Shown here piece by piece: positions 45,001 through 58,800 of a DNA stretch of 64,000 bases (its first letter is position 1; each line of letters begins with the position of its first letter). Location: contig OZ024741.1 of assembly GCA_964016885.1 (NCBI GenBank), positions 405,790,001-405,854,000 of the forward strand, given 5' to 3'. Source of the DNA: Eledone cirrhosa (Eukaryota). Made by a program: the position numbers and the translations under genes. The notes under the pieces were generated by a model. That model saw nothing but the letters and a program-made list of their open reading frames with translations. It was not told where the DNA came from and did not search any database.

Positions 45001-46289
45001 TATTGAGATTGGAAGAATCGTAGACGAGCTGAAAGTATTTAAGTTCATACTGCCTGGTTTATTTCAGGTTATTGAGATTTGAAGAATTGTAGACTAGCTG
45101 AAAGTATTTAGGTTCATACTGCCTGGTCTATTTCAGGTTATTGAGATTAGGGAGAACTGTAGACTAGCTGAAAGTATTTAGTTTCATACTGCCTGGTCTA
45201 TTTCAGGTTATTGAGATAAGGGAGAATTGTAGACTAGCTGAAATTATTTATGTTCATACTTCCTGGTCTATTTCAGTTTATTGAGATTAGGGCGAACTGT
45301 AGACTAGCTGAAAGTATTTAGGTTCATACTGCCTGGTCTATTTCAGGTTATTGAGATTAGGGAGAATTGTAGGCTAGCTGAAAGTATTTAGGTTCATACT
45401 GCCTGGTTTATTTCAGGTTATTGAGATTAGGAAGAATTGTAGACTAGCTGAAAATATTTAAGTTCATACTGCCTGGTTTATTTCAGGTTATTGAGATTAG
45501 GAAGAATTGTAGACTAGCTGAAAGTATATAGGTTCATACTGCCTGGTTTATTTCAGGTCATTGAGATTAGGAAGAATTGTAGACTAGCTGAAAATATTTA
45601 GGTTCATACTGCCTGGTTTATTTCAGGTTATTGAGATTAGGAAGAATTGTAGATTATCTGAAAATATTTAGGTTCATACTGCCTGGTTTATTTCAGGTTA
45701 TTGAGATTAGGAAGAATTGTAGACTAGCTGAAAGTATATAGGTTCATACTGCCTGGTTTATTTCAGGTCATTGAGATTGGGAGAATTGTAGACTAGCTGA
45801 AAGTATTTAGTTTCATACTATCTGGTTTATTTCAGGTTATTGAGATTAGGGAGAAGTGTAGACTAGCTGAAAATATTTAAGTTCATACTGCCTGGTCTAT
45901 TTCAAGTTATGGAGATTGGAAGAATTGTAGACTAGCTGAAAGTATTTAGGTTCATACTGCCTGGTCTATTTCAGGTTATTGAGATTAGGAACAATTGTAG
46001 TCTAGCTGAAAATATTTAGGTTCATACTGCCTGGTTTATTTCAGGTTATTGAGATTAGAAGAATTGTAGATTAGCTAATAATATTTAGGTTTATACTGCC
46101 TGGTCCGTTTTAGGTTATTGAGATTATGGAGAATTGTAGACTAGCTGAAAGTATTTAGGTTCATACTGCCTGGTTTATTTCAGGTTATTGAGATTGGGAG
46201 AATTGTAGATTAGCTGGAAGTATTTAGGTTCATACTGCCTGGTTTATTTCAGGTTATTGAGATTGGAAGATTTGTAGACTAGCTGAAAG

Positions 46290-49200
46290 TATTTAGGTTC
46301 ATACTGCCTGGTTTATTTCAGGTTATTGATATTAGGGAGAATTGTAGACTAGCTGAAAGTATTTAGGTTCATACTGCCTGGCCTATTTCAGGTTATTGGG
46401 ATTAGGGAGGAGTGTAGACTAACTGAAAGTATTTAGGATAATACTGCCTGGTTTATTTCAGGTTATTGAGATTAGGGAGAATTGTAGACTAGCTGAAAGT
46501 ATTTAGGTTCATACTGCCTGGTCTATTTCAGGTTATTGAGATTAGGGAGAATTGTTGACTAACTGAAAATATTTAGGTTCATACTTCCTGGTCAATTTCA
46601 GGTTATTGGGATTAGGGAGAATTGTAGACTACCTTAAAGTATTTATGTTCAATCTGCCTGGTCTATTTCAGGTTATTGAGATTAGGGAGAATTGTAGACT
46701 AGCTGAAAATATTTAGGTTGATACTGCCTGGTTTATTTCAGGTTATTGAGATTGGGAGAATTGTAGACTAGCTGAAAGTATTTAGGTTCATACTGCCTGG
46801 TTTACTTCAGGTTATTGAGATTAGGAATAATTGTAGACTAGCTGAAAGTATTTAGGTTCATACTGCCTGGTTTATTTCAGGTTATTGAGATTAGGGAGAA
46901 TTGTAGACTAGCTGAAAGTATTTAGGTTCATACTGCCTGGTTTATTTCAGGTTATTGAGATTGGAAGAATTGTAGACTAGCTGAAAGTATTTAGGTTCAT
47001 ACTGCCTGGTCTATTTCAGGTTATTGGGATTAGGGAGAAGTATAGACTAGCTGAAAGTATTTAGGTTCATACTGCCTGGTCTATTTCAGGTTATTGAGAT
47101 TAGGGAGGATTGTAGACTAGCTGAAAGTAGTTAGGTTGATACTGCCTGGTTTATTTCAGGTTATTGAGATTGGGAGAATTGTAGACTAGCTGAAAGTATT
47201 TAGGTTCAAACTGCCTGGTTTATTTCAGGTTATTGAGATTAGGGAGAATTGTAGACTAGCTGAAAATATTTAGGTTCATACTGCCTGGTCTATTTCAGGT
47301 TATTGGGATTAGGGAGAAGTGTAGACTAACTGAAAGTATTTAGGATAATACTGCCTGGTTTATTTCAGGTTATTGAGATTGGAAGAATTGTAGACTAGCT
47401 GAACATATTTAGGTTCATACTGCCTGGTCTATTTCAGGTTATTGAGATTGGAAGAATTGTAGACTAGCTGAAAGTATTTAGCTTCATACTGCCTAGTTTA
47501 TTTCAGGTTATTGAGCTTAGGGAGAATTGTAGACTAGCTGAAAGTATTTAGATTAATACTGCCTGGTCTATTTCAGGTTATTGAGATTAGGGAGAATTGT
47601 AGACTACCTGAAAATATTTAGGTTCATTCTGCCTGGTCTATTTCAGGTTATTGAGATTAGGGACAATTGTAGACTAGCTGAAAGTATTTAGGTTCATACT
47701 GCCTGGTTTATTTCACGTTATTGAGATTGGGAGAATTGTAGACTAGCTGAAAGTATTTAGGTTCATACTGCCTGGTTTATTTCAGGTTATTGATATTAGG
47801 GAGAATTGTAGACTAGCTGAAAGTATTTAGGTTCATACTGCCTGGCCTATTTCAGGTTATTGGGATTAGGGAGAAGTGTAGACTAACTGAAAGTATTTAG
47901 GATAATACTGCCTGGTTTATTTCAGGTTATTGAGATTAGGGAGAATTGTAGACTAGCTGAAAGTATTTAGGTTCATACTGCCTGGTCTATTTCAGGTTAT
48001 TGAGATTAGGGAGAATTGTTGACTAACTGAAAATATTTAGGTTCATACTTCCTGGTCAATTTCAGGTTATTGGGATTAGGGAGAATTGTAGACTACCTTA
48101 AAGTATTTATGTTCATTCTGCCTGGTCTATTTCAGGTTATTGAGATTAGGGAGAATTGTAGACTAGCTGAAAATATTTAGGTTGATACTGCCTGGTTTAT
48201 TTCAGGTTATTGAGATTGGGAGAATTGTAGACTAGCTGAAAGTATTTAGGTTCATACTGCCTGGTTTACTTCAGGTTATTGAGATTAGGAATAATTGTAG
48301 ACTAGCTGAAAGTATTTAGGTTCATACTGCCTGGTTTATTTCAGGTTATTGAGATTAGGGAGAATTGTAGACTAGCTGAAAGTATTTAGGTTCATACTGC
48401 CTGGTTTATTTCAGGTTATTGAGATTGGAAGAATTGTAGACTAGCTGAAAGTATTTAGGTTCATACTGCCTGGTCTATTTCAGGTTATTGGGATTAGGGA
48501 GAAGTATAGACTAGCTGAAAGTATTTAGGTTCATACTGCCTGGTCTATTTCAGGTTATTGAGATTAGGGAGGATTGTAGACTAGCTGAAAGTAGTTAGGT
48601 TGATACTGCCTGGTTTATTTCAGGTTATTGAGATTGGGAGAATTGTAGACTAGCTGAAAGTATTTAGGTTCAAACTGCCTGGTTTATTTCAGGTTATTGA
48701 GATTAGGGAGAATTGTAGACTAGCTGAAAATATTTAGGTTCATACTGCCTGGTCTATTTCAGGTTATTGGGATTAGGGAGAAGTGTAGACTAACTGAAAG
48801 TATTTAGGATAATACTGCCTGGTTTATTTCAGGTTATTGAGATTGGAAGAATTGTAGACTAGCTGAACATATTTAGGTTCATACTGCCTGGTCTATTTCA
48901 GGTTATTGAGATTGGAAGAATTGTAGACTAGCTGAAAGTATTTAGCTTCATACTGCCTAGTTTATTTCAGGTTATTGAGCTTAGGGAGAATTGTAGACTA
49001 GCTGAAAGTATTTAGATTAATACTGCCTGGTCTATTTCAGGTTATTGAGATTAGGGAGAATTGTAGACTACCTGAAAATATTTAGGTTCATTCTGCCTGG
49101 TCTATTTCAGGTTATTGAGATTAGGGACAATTGTAGACTAGCTGAAAGTATTTAGGTTCATACTGCCTGGTTTATTTCACGTTATTGAGATTGGGAGAAT

Positions 49201-49730
49201 TGTAGACTAGCTGAAAGTATTTAGGTTCATACTGCCTGGTTTATTTCAGGTTATTGATATTAGGGAGAATTGTAGACTAGCTGAAAGTATTTAGGTTCAT
49301 ACTGCCTGGCCTATTTCAGGTTATTGGGATTAGGGAGAAGTGTAGACTAACTGAAAGTATTTAGGATAATACTGCCTGGTTTATTTCAGGTTATTGAGAT
49401 TAGGGAGAATTGTAGACTAGCTGAAAGTATTTAGGTTCATACTGCCTGGTCTATTTCAGGTTATTGAGATTAGGGAGAATTGTTGACTAACTGAAAATAT
49501 TTAGGTTCATACTTCCTGGTCAATTTCAGGTTATTGGGATTAGGGAGAATTGTAGACTACCTTAAAGTATTTATGTTCATTCTGCCTGGTCTATTTCAGG
49601 TTATTGAGATTAGGGAGAATTGTAGACTAGCTGAAAATATTTAGGTTGATACTGCCTGGTTTATTTCAGGTTATTGAGATTGGGAGAATTGTAGACTAGC
49701 TGAAAGTATTTAGGTTCATACTGCCTGGTT
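46290..49730. repeat. 1,464-bp (21-monomer) tandem block duplication, ~2.3 copies (boundaries approximate)
   Basis: Rare variants at offset 1464: TTTACTTCAG 46801/48265, TATAGA 47041/48505, TTTCACGTT 47711/49175, GCCTAT 46381/47845/49309. Confidence 0.85.
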
Positions 49731-49821
49731 TATTTCAGGTTATTGAGATTAGGAATAATTGTAGACTAGCTGAAAGTATTTAGGTTCATACTGCCTGGTT
49801 TATTTCAGGTTATTGAGATTA

Positions 49822-52800
49822 GGGAGAATTGTAGACTAGCTGAAAGTATTTAGGTTCATACTGCCTGGTTTATTTCAGGTTATTGAGATTGGAAGAATTG
49901 TAGACTAGCTGAAAGTAATTAGGTTCATACTGCCTGGTCTATTTCAGGTTATTGAAATTGGGAGAATTGTAGACTAGCTGAAAGTATTTAGGTTCATACT
50001 GCCTGGTCTATTTCAGTTATTGAGATTGGAAAAATTGTAGACTAGCTGAAAGTATTTAGGTTCAAACTGCCTGGTTCATTTCAGGTTATTGAGATTAGGG
50101 ATAATTGTAGACTAGCTGCACGTATTTAGGTTCATACTGCCGGGTCTATTTCAGGTTATTGAGATTAGGGAGAATTGTAGACTAGCTGAACGTATTTAGG
50201 TTCATACTGCCTAGTCTATTTCAGGTTATTGAGATTAGGAAGAATTGTAGACTAGCTGAAAGTATTTAGGTTCATACTGCCTGGTTTATTTCAGGTTATT
50301 GAGATTAGGAAGAATTGTAGACTAGCTGAAAATATTTAGGTGTATACTGCCTGGTTTATTTCAGGTTATTGAGATTAGGAAGAATTGTAGACTAGCTGAA
50401 AGTATTTAGGTTCATACTGGGTGGTCTATTTCAGGTTATTGGGATTAGGTAGAAGTGTAGACTAGCTGAAAGTATTTAGGTTCATACTGCCTGGTCTATT
50501 TCAGGTTATTGAGATTAGGGAGGATTGTAGACTAGCTGAAAGTATTTAGGTTGATACTGCCTGGTTTATTTCAGGTTATTGAGATTGGGAGAATTGTAGA
50601 CTAGCTGAAAGTATTTAGGTTCAAACTGCCTGGTTTATTTCAGGTTATTGAGATTAGGGAGAATTGTAGACTAGCTGAAAATATTTAGGTTCATACTGCC
50701 TGGTCTATTTCAGGTTATTGTGATTAGGGACAAGTGTAGACTAACTGAAAGTATTTAGGATAATACTGCCTGGTTTATTTCAGGTTATTGAGATTGGGAG
50801 AATTGTAGACTAGCTGAAAGTATTTAGGTTCAAACTGCCTGGTTTATTTCAGGTTAGTGTGAATAGGGAGAATTGTTGACTAACTGAAAATATTTAGGTT
50901 CATACTTCCTGGTCTATTTCAGGTTATTGGGATTAGGGAGAATTGTAGACTACCTTAAAGTATTTATGTTCATTCTGCCTGGTCTATTTCAGGTTATTGA
51001 GACTGGGAGAAGTGTAGACTAGCTGAAAGTAATTAGGTTCATACTGCCTGGTTTATTTCAGGTTATTGAGACTGGGAGAAGTGTAGACTAGCTGAAAGTA
51101 TATAGGTTCATAGTGCCTGGTCTATTTCAGGTTATTGAGATTGGGAGAATTGTAGACGAGCTGAAAGTATATAGGTTCATAGTGCCTGGTCTATTTCAGG
51201 TTATTGAGATTGGGAGAATTGTAGACGAGCTGAAAGTATATAGGTTTATAGTGACTGGTCTATTTCAGGTTATTGAGATTGGGAGAATTGTAGACTAGCT
51301 GAAAGTAATTAGGTTCATACTGCCTGGTCAATTTCAGGTTATTGAGATTAGGGAGAATTGTAGACTAGCTGAAATTATTTAGGTTCATACTGCCTGGTTT
51401 ATTTCAGTTTATTGAGATTAGGGAGAACTGTAGACTAGCTGAAAGTATTTAGGTTCATACTGCCTGGTCTACTTCAGGTTATTGAGATTATGGAGAATTG
51501 TAGACTAGCTGAAATATTTAGGTTCATACTGCCTGGTTTATTTCAGGTTATTGAGATTGGTAGAATTGTAGACTAGCTGAAAGTATTTAGGTTCATACTG
51601 CGTGGTTTATTTCAGGTTGTTGTGATTTGAAGAATTGTAGACTAGGTGAAAGTATATAGGTTCATACTGCCTGGTTTATTTCAGGTTATTGACACTGGGA
51701 GAAGTGTAGACTAGCTGAAGGTATATAGGTTCATACTGCCTGGTTTATTTCAGGTTATTGAAATTGTGAGAATTGCAGACTAGCTGAAAATATTTAGGTT
51801 CATACTACCTGGTTTATTTCAGGTTATTGAGATTGGAAGAATTGTAGACTAGCTGAAAGTACTTAGGTTCATACTGCCTGGTTTATTTCAGGTTATTGAG
51901 ACTGGAAGAATCGTAGACGAGCTGAAAGTATTTAAGTTCATACTGCCTGGTTTGTTTCAGGTTATTGAGATTAGGGAGAATTGTAGACTAGCTGAAAGTA
52001 TTTAGGTTCATACTGCCTGGTTTATTTCAAGTTATTGAGACTGGAAGAATCGTAGATGAGCTGAAAGTATTTAGGTTCATACTGCCTGGTCTATTTCAGG
52101 TTATTGAGATTAGGAACAATTGTAGTCTAGCTGAAAATATTTAGGTTCATACTGCCTGGTTTATTTCAGGTTATTGAGATTAGAAGAATTGTAGATTAGC
52201 TAATAATATTTAGGTTTATACTGCCTGGTCCGTTTCAGGTTATTGAGTTTATGGAGAATTGTAGACTAGCTGAAAGTATTTAGGTTCATACTGCCTGGTT
52301 TATTTCAGGTTATTGAGATTAGGGAGAATTGTAGACTAGCTGAAAGTATTTAGGTTCATACTGCCTGGTTTATTTCAAGTTATTGAGACTGGAAGAATCG
52401 TAGACGAGCTGAAAGTATTTAGGTTCATACTGCCTGGTCTATTTCAGGTTATTGAGATTAGGGAGAATTGTAGACTAGCTGAAAGTATTTAGGTTCATAC
52501 TGCCTGGTTTATTTCAGGTTATTGAGATTGGAAGAATCGTAGACGAGCTGAAAGTATTTAAGTTCATACTGCCTGGTTTGTTTCAGGTTATTGAGATTAG
52601 GGAGAACTGTAGACTAGCTGAAAGTATTTAGGTTCATACTGCCTGGTTTATTTCAGGTTTTTGAGATTGGTAGAATTGTAGACTAGCTGAAAGTATTTAG
52701 GTTCATACTGCCTGGTTTATTTCAGGTTATTGAGATTATAAGAATTGTAGACTAGCTGAAAGTATTTAGGTTCATACTGCCTGGTTTATTTCAGGTTATT

Positions 52801-55800
52801 GAGATTTCAAGAATTGTAGACTAGGTGAAAGTATATAGGTTCATACTGCCTGGTTTATTTCAGGTTATTGAGACTGGGAGAAGTGTAGACTAGCTGAAAG
52901 TATATAGGTTCATACTGCCTGGTTTATTTCAGGTTATTGAAATTGGGAGAATTACAGACTAGCTGAAAATATTTAGGTTCATACTACCTGGTTTATTTCA
53001 GGTTATTGAGATTGGAAGAATTGTAGACTAGCTGAAAGTATTTAGGTTCATACTGCCTGGTTTATTTCAGGTTATTGAGACTGGAAGAATCGTAGACGAG
53101 CTGAAAGTATTTAGGTTCATACTGCCTGGTTTATTTCAGGTTATTGAGATTAGGGAGAATTGTAGACTAGCTGAAAGTATTTAGGTTCATACTGCATGGT
53201 TTATGTCAGGTTATTGAGATTGGGAGAATTGTAGATGAGCTAAAAGTATTTAGGTTCATACTGCCTGGTTTATTTCAGGTTATTGAGATTAGAAGAATTG
53301 TAGACTAGCTGAAAGTATTTAGGTTCATACTGCCTGGTCCATTTCAGGTTATTGAGATTGGAAGAATTGTAGACTAGCTGAAAGTGTTTAAGTTCATACT
53401 TCCTGGTTTATTTCAGGTTATTGAGATTGGAAGAATTGTAGACTAGCTGAAAGTATTTAGGTTCATACTGCCTGGTTTATTTCAAGTTATTGAGACTGGA
53501 AGAATCGTAGACGAGCTGAAAGTATTTAGGTTCATACTGCCTGGTTTATTTCAGGTTATTGAGATTAGGGAGAATTGTAGACTAGCTGAAAGTATTTAGG
53601 TTCATACTGCCTGGTTTATTTCAGGTTATTGAGATTGGAAGAATCGTAGACGAGCTGAAAGTATTTAAGTTCATACTGCCTGGTTTATTTCAGGTTATTG
53701 AGATTTGAAGAATTGTAGACTAGCTGAAAGTATTTAGGTTCATACTGCCTGGTCTATTTCAGGTTATTGAGATTAGGGAGAACTGTAGACTAGCTGAAAG
53801 TATTTAGTTTCATACTGCCTGGTCTATTTCAGGTTATTGAGATAAGGGAGAACTGTAGACTAGCTGAAATTATTTATGTTCATACTTCCTGGTCTATTTC
53901 AGTTTATTGAGATTAGGGCGAACTGTAGACTAGCTGAAAGTATTTAGGTTCATACTGCCTGGTCTATTTCAGGTTATTGAGATTAGGGAGAATTGTAGAC
54001 TAGCTGAAAGTATTTAGGTTCATACTGCCTGGTTTATTTCAGGTTATTGAGATTAGGGAGAATTGTAGGCTAGCTGAAAGTATTTAGGTTCATACTGCCT
54101 GGTTTATTTCAGGTTATTGAGATTAGGAAGAATTGTAGACTAGCTGAATATATTTAGGTTCATACTGCCTGGTTTATTTCAGGTTATTGAGATTAGGAAG
54201 AATTGTAGACTAGCTGAAAATATTTAGGTTCATACTGCCTGGTTTATTTCAGGTTATTGAGATTAGGAAGAATTGTAGACTAGCTGAAAGTATATAGGTT
54301 CATACTGCCTGGTTTATTTCAGGTCATTGAGATTGGGAGAATTGTAGACTAGCTGAAAGTATTTAGTTTCATACTATCTGGTTTATTTCAGGTTATTGAG
54401 ATTAGGGAGAAGTGTAGACTAGCTGAAAATATTTAAGTTCATACTGCCTGGTCTATTTCAAGTTATGGAGATTGGAAGAATTGTAGACTAGCTGAAAGTA
54501 TTTAGGTTCATACTGCCTGGTCTATTTCAGGTTATTGAGATTAGGAACAATTGTAGTCTAGCTGAAAATATTTAGGTTCATACTGCCTGGTTTATTTCAG
54601 GTTATTGAGATTAGAAGAATTGTAGATTAGCTAATAATATTTAGGTTTATACTGCCTGGTCCGTTTCAGGTTATTGAGATTATGGAGAATTGTAGACTAG
54701 CTGAAAGTATTTAGGTTCATACTGCCTGGTTTATTTCAGGTTATTGAGATTGGGAGAATTGTAGATTAGCTGGAAGTATTTAGGTTCATACTGCCTGGTT
54801 TATTTCAGGTTATTGAGATTGGAAGATTTGTAGACTAGCTGGAAGTATTTAGGTTCATACTGCCTGGTCTATTTCAGGTTCTTGAGATTGCAAGAATTGT
54901 AGACTAGGTGAAAGTATTTAGGTTCATACTGCCTGGTTTATTTCAGGTTATTGAGATTAGGGAGAATTGTAGACTAGCTGAAAGTATTTAGGTTCATTCT
55001 GTCTGGTTTATTTCATGTTATTGAGATTATAATAATTGTAGACTAGCTGAAAGTATTTAGGTTCATACTGCCTGGTTTATTTCAGGTTATTGAGATTAGA
55101 AGAATTGTAGACTAGCTGAAAGTATTTAGCTTCATACTGTCTGGTTTATTTCAGGTTATTGAGATTAGGGAGAAGTGTAGACTAGCTGAAAATATTTAAG
55201 TTCATACTGCCTGGTCTATTTCAAGTTATGGAGATTGGAAGAATTGTAGACTAGCTGAAAATATTTAACTTCATACTATCTGGTCTATTTCAAGTTATGG
55301 AGATTGGAAGAATTGTAGACTAGCTGAAAGTATATAGGTTCATACTGCCTGGTTTATTTCAGGTTATTGAGACTGGGAGAATTGTAGACTAGCTGAAAGT
55401 ATTTAGGTTCATACTGCCTGGTTTATTTCAGGTTATTGAGATTGGAAGAATTGTAGACTAGCTGAAAGTAATTAGGTTCATACTGCCTGGTCTATTTCAG
55501 GTTATTGAAATTGGGAGAATTGTAGACTAGCTGAAAGTATTTAGGTTCATACTGCCTGGTCTATTTCAGTTATTGAGATTGGAAAAATTGTAGACTAGCT
55601 GAAAGTATTTAGGTTCAAACTGCCTGGTTCATTTCAGGTTATTGAGATTAGGGATAATTGTAGACTAGCTGCACGTATTTAGGTTCATACTGCCGGGTCT
55701 ATTTCAGGTTATTGAGATTAGGGAGAATTGTAGACTAGCTGAACGTATTTAGGTTCATACTGCCTAGTCTATTTCAGGTTATTGAGATTAGGAAGAATTG

Positions 55801-58800
55801 TAGACTAGCTGAAAGTATTTAGGTTCATACTGCCTGGTTTATTTCAGGTTATTGAGATTAGGAAGAATTGTAGACTAGCTGAAAATATTTAGGTGTATAC
55901 TGCCTGGTTTATTTCAGGTTATTGAGATTAGGAAGAATTGTAGACTAGCTGAAAGTATTTAGGTTCATACTGGGTGGTCTATTTCAGGTTATTGGGATTA
56001 GGTAGAAGTGTAGACTAGCTGAAAGTATTTAGGTTCATACTGCCTGGTCTATTTCAGGTTATTGAGATTAGGGAGGATTGTAGACTAGCTGAAAGTATTT
56101 AGGTTGATACTGCCTGGTTTATTTCAGGTTATTGAGATTGGGAGAATTGTAGACTAGCTGAAAGTATTTAGGTTCAAACTGCCTGGTTTATTTCAGGTTA
56201 TTGAGATTAGGGAGAATTGTAGACTAGCTGAAAATATTTAGGTTCATACTGCCTGGTCTATTTCAGGTTATTGTGATTAGGGACAAGTGTAGACTAACTG
56301 AAAGTATTTAGGATAATACTGCCTGGTTTATTTCAGGTTATTGAGATTGGGAGAATTGTAGACTAGCTGAAAGTATTTAGGTTCAAACTGCCTGGTTTAT
56401 TTCAGGTTAGTGTGAATAGGGAGAATTGTTGACTAACTGAAAATATTTAGGTTCATACTTCCTGGTCTATTTCAGGTTATTGGGATTAGGGAGAATTGTA
56501 GACTACCTTAAAGTATTTATGTTCATTCTGCCTGGTCTATTTCAGGTTATTGAGACTGGGAGAAGTGTAGACTAGCTGAAAGTAATTAGGTTCATACTGC
56601 CTGGTTTATTTCAGGTTATTGAGACTGGGAGAAGTGTAGACTAGCTGAAAGTATATAGGTTCATAGTGCCTGGTCTATTTCAGGTTATTGAGATTGGGAG
56701 AATTGTAGACGAGCTGAAAGTATATAGGTTCATAGTGCCTGGTCTATTTCAGGTTATTGAGATTGGGAGAATTGTAGACGAGCTGAAAGTATATAGGTTT
56801 ATAGTGACTGGTCTATTTCAGGTTATTGAGATTGGGAGAATTGTAGACTAGCTGAAAGTAATTAGGTTCATACTGCCTGGTCAATTTCAGGTTATTGAGA
56901 TTAGGGAGAATTGTAGACTAGCTGAAATTATTTAGGTTCATACTGCCTGGTTTATTTCAGTTTATTGAGATTAGGGAGAACTGTAGACTAGCTGAAAGTA
57001 TTTAGGTTCATACTGCCTGGTCTACTTCAGGTTATTGAGATTATGGAGAATTGTAGACTAGCTGAAATATTTAGGTTCATACTGCCTGGTTTATTTCAGG
57101 TTATTGAGATTGGTAGAATTGTAGACTAGCTGAAAGTATTTAGGTTCATACTGCGTGGTTTATTTCAGGTTGTTGTGATTTGAAGAATTGTAGACTAGGT
57201 GAAAGTATATAGGTTCATACTGCCTGGTTTATTTCAGGTTATTGACACTGGGAGAAGTGTAGACTAGCTGAAGGTATATAGGTTCATACTGCCTGGTTTA
57301 TTTCAGGTTATTGAAATTGTGAGAATTGCAGACTAGCTGAAAATATTTAGGTTCATACTACCTGGTTTATTTCAGGTTATTGAGATTGGAAGAATTGTAG
57401 ACTAGCTGAAAGTACTTAGGTTCATACTGCCTGGTTTATTTCAGGTTATTGAGACTGGAAGAATCGTAGACGAGCTGAAAGTATTTAAGTTCATACTGCC
57501 TGGTTTGTTTCAGGTTATTGAGATTAGGGAGAATTGTAGACTAGCTGAAAGTATTTAGGTTCATACTGCCTGGTTTATTTCAAGTTATTGAGACTGGAAG
57601 AATCGTAGATGAGCTGAAAGTATTTAGGTTCATACTGCCTGGTCTATTTCAGGTTATTGAGATTAGGAACAATTGTAGTCTAGCTGAAAATATTTAGGTT
57701 CATACTGCCTGGTTTATTTCAGGTTATTGAGATTAGAAGAATTGTAGATTAGCTAATAATATTTAGGTTTATACTGCCTGGTCCGTTTCAGGTTATTGAG
57801 TTTATGGAGAATTGTAGACTAGCTGAAAGTATTTAGGTTCATACTGCCTGGTTTATTTCAGGTTATTGAGATTAGGGAGAATTGTAGACTAGCTGAAAGT
57901 ATTTAGGTTCATACTGCCTGGTTTATTTCAAGTTATTGAGACTGGAAGAATCGTAGACGAGCTGAAAGTATTTAGGTTCATACTGCCTGGTCTATTTCAG
58001 GTTATTGAGATTAGGGAGAATTGTAGACTAGCTGAAAGTATTTAGGTTCATACTGCCTGGTTTATTTCAGGTTATTGAGATTGGAAGAATCGTAGACGAG
58101 CTGAAAGTATTTAAGTTCATACTGCCTGGTTTGTTTCAGGTTATTGAGATTAGGGAGAACTGTAGACTAGCTGAAAGTATTTAGGTTCATACTGCCTGGT
58201 TTATTTCAGGTTTTTGAGATTGGTAGAATTGTAGACTAGCTGAAAGTATTTAGGTTCATACTGCCTGGTTTATTTCAGGTTATTGAGATTATAAGAATTG
58301 TAGACTAGCTGAAAGTATTTAGGTTCATACTGCCTGGTTTATTTCAGGTTATTGAGATTTCAAGAATTGTAGACTAGGTGAAAGTATATAGGTTCATACT
58401 GCCTGGTTTATTTCAGGTTATTGAGACTGGGAGAAGTGTAGACTAGCTGAAAGTATATAGGTTCATACTGCCTGGTTTATTTCAGGTTATTGAAATTGGG
58501 AGAATTACAGACTAGCTGAAAATATTTAGGTTCATACTACCTGGTTTATTTCAGGTTATTGAGATTGGAAGAATTGTAGACTAGCTGAAAGTATTTAGGT
58601 TCATACTGCCTGGTTTATTTCAGGTTATTGAGACTGGAAGAATCGTAGACGAGCTGAAAGTATTTAGGTTCATACTGCCTGGTTTATTTCAGGTTATTGA
58701 GATTAGGGAGAATTGTAGACTAGCTGAAAGTATTTAGGTTCATACTGCATGGTTTATGTCAGGTTATTGAGATTGGGAGAATTGTAGATGAGCTAAAAGT

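Noticed and set aside
51113-51298. 61-aa ORF
   Set aside because: Same satellite read-through artefact.
56666-56851. 61-aa ORF identical to the one at 51113
   Set aside because: The identity comes from the 5,553-bp duplication, not from coding conservation.
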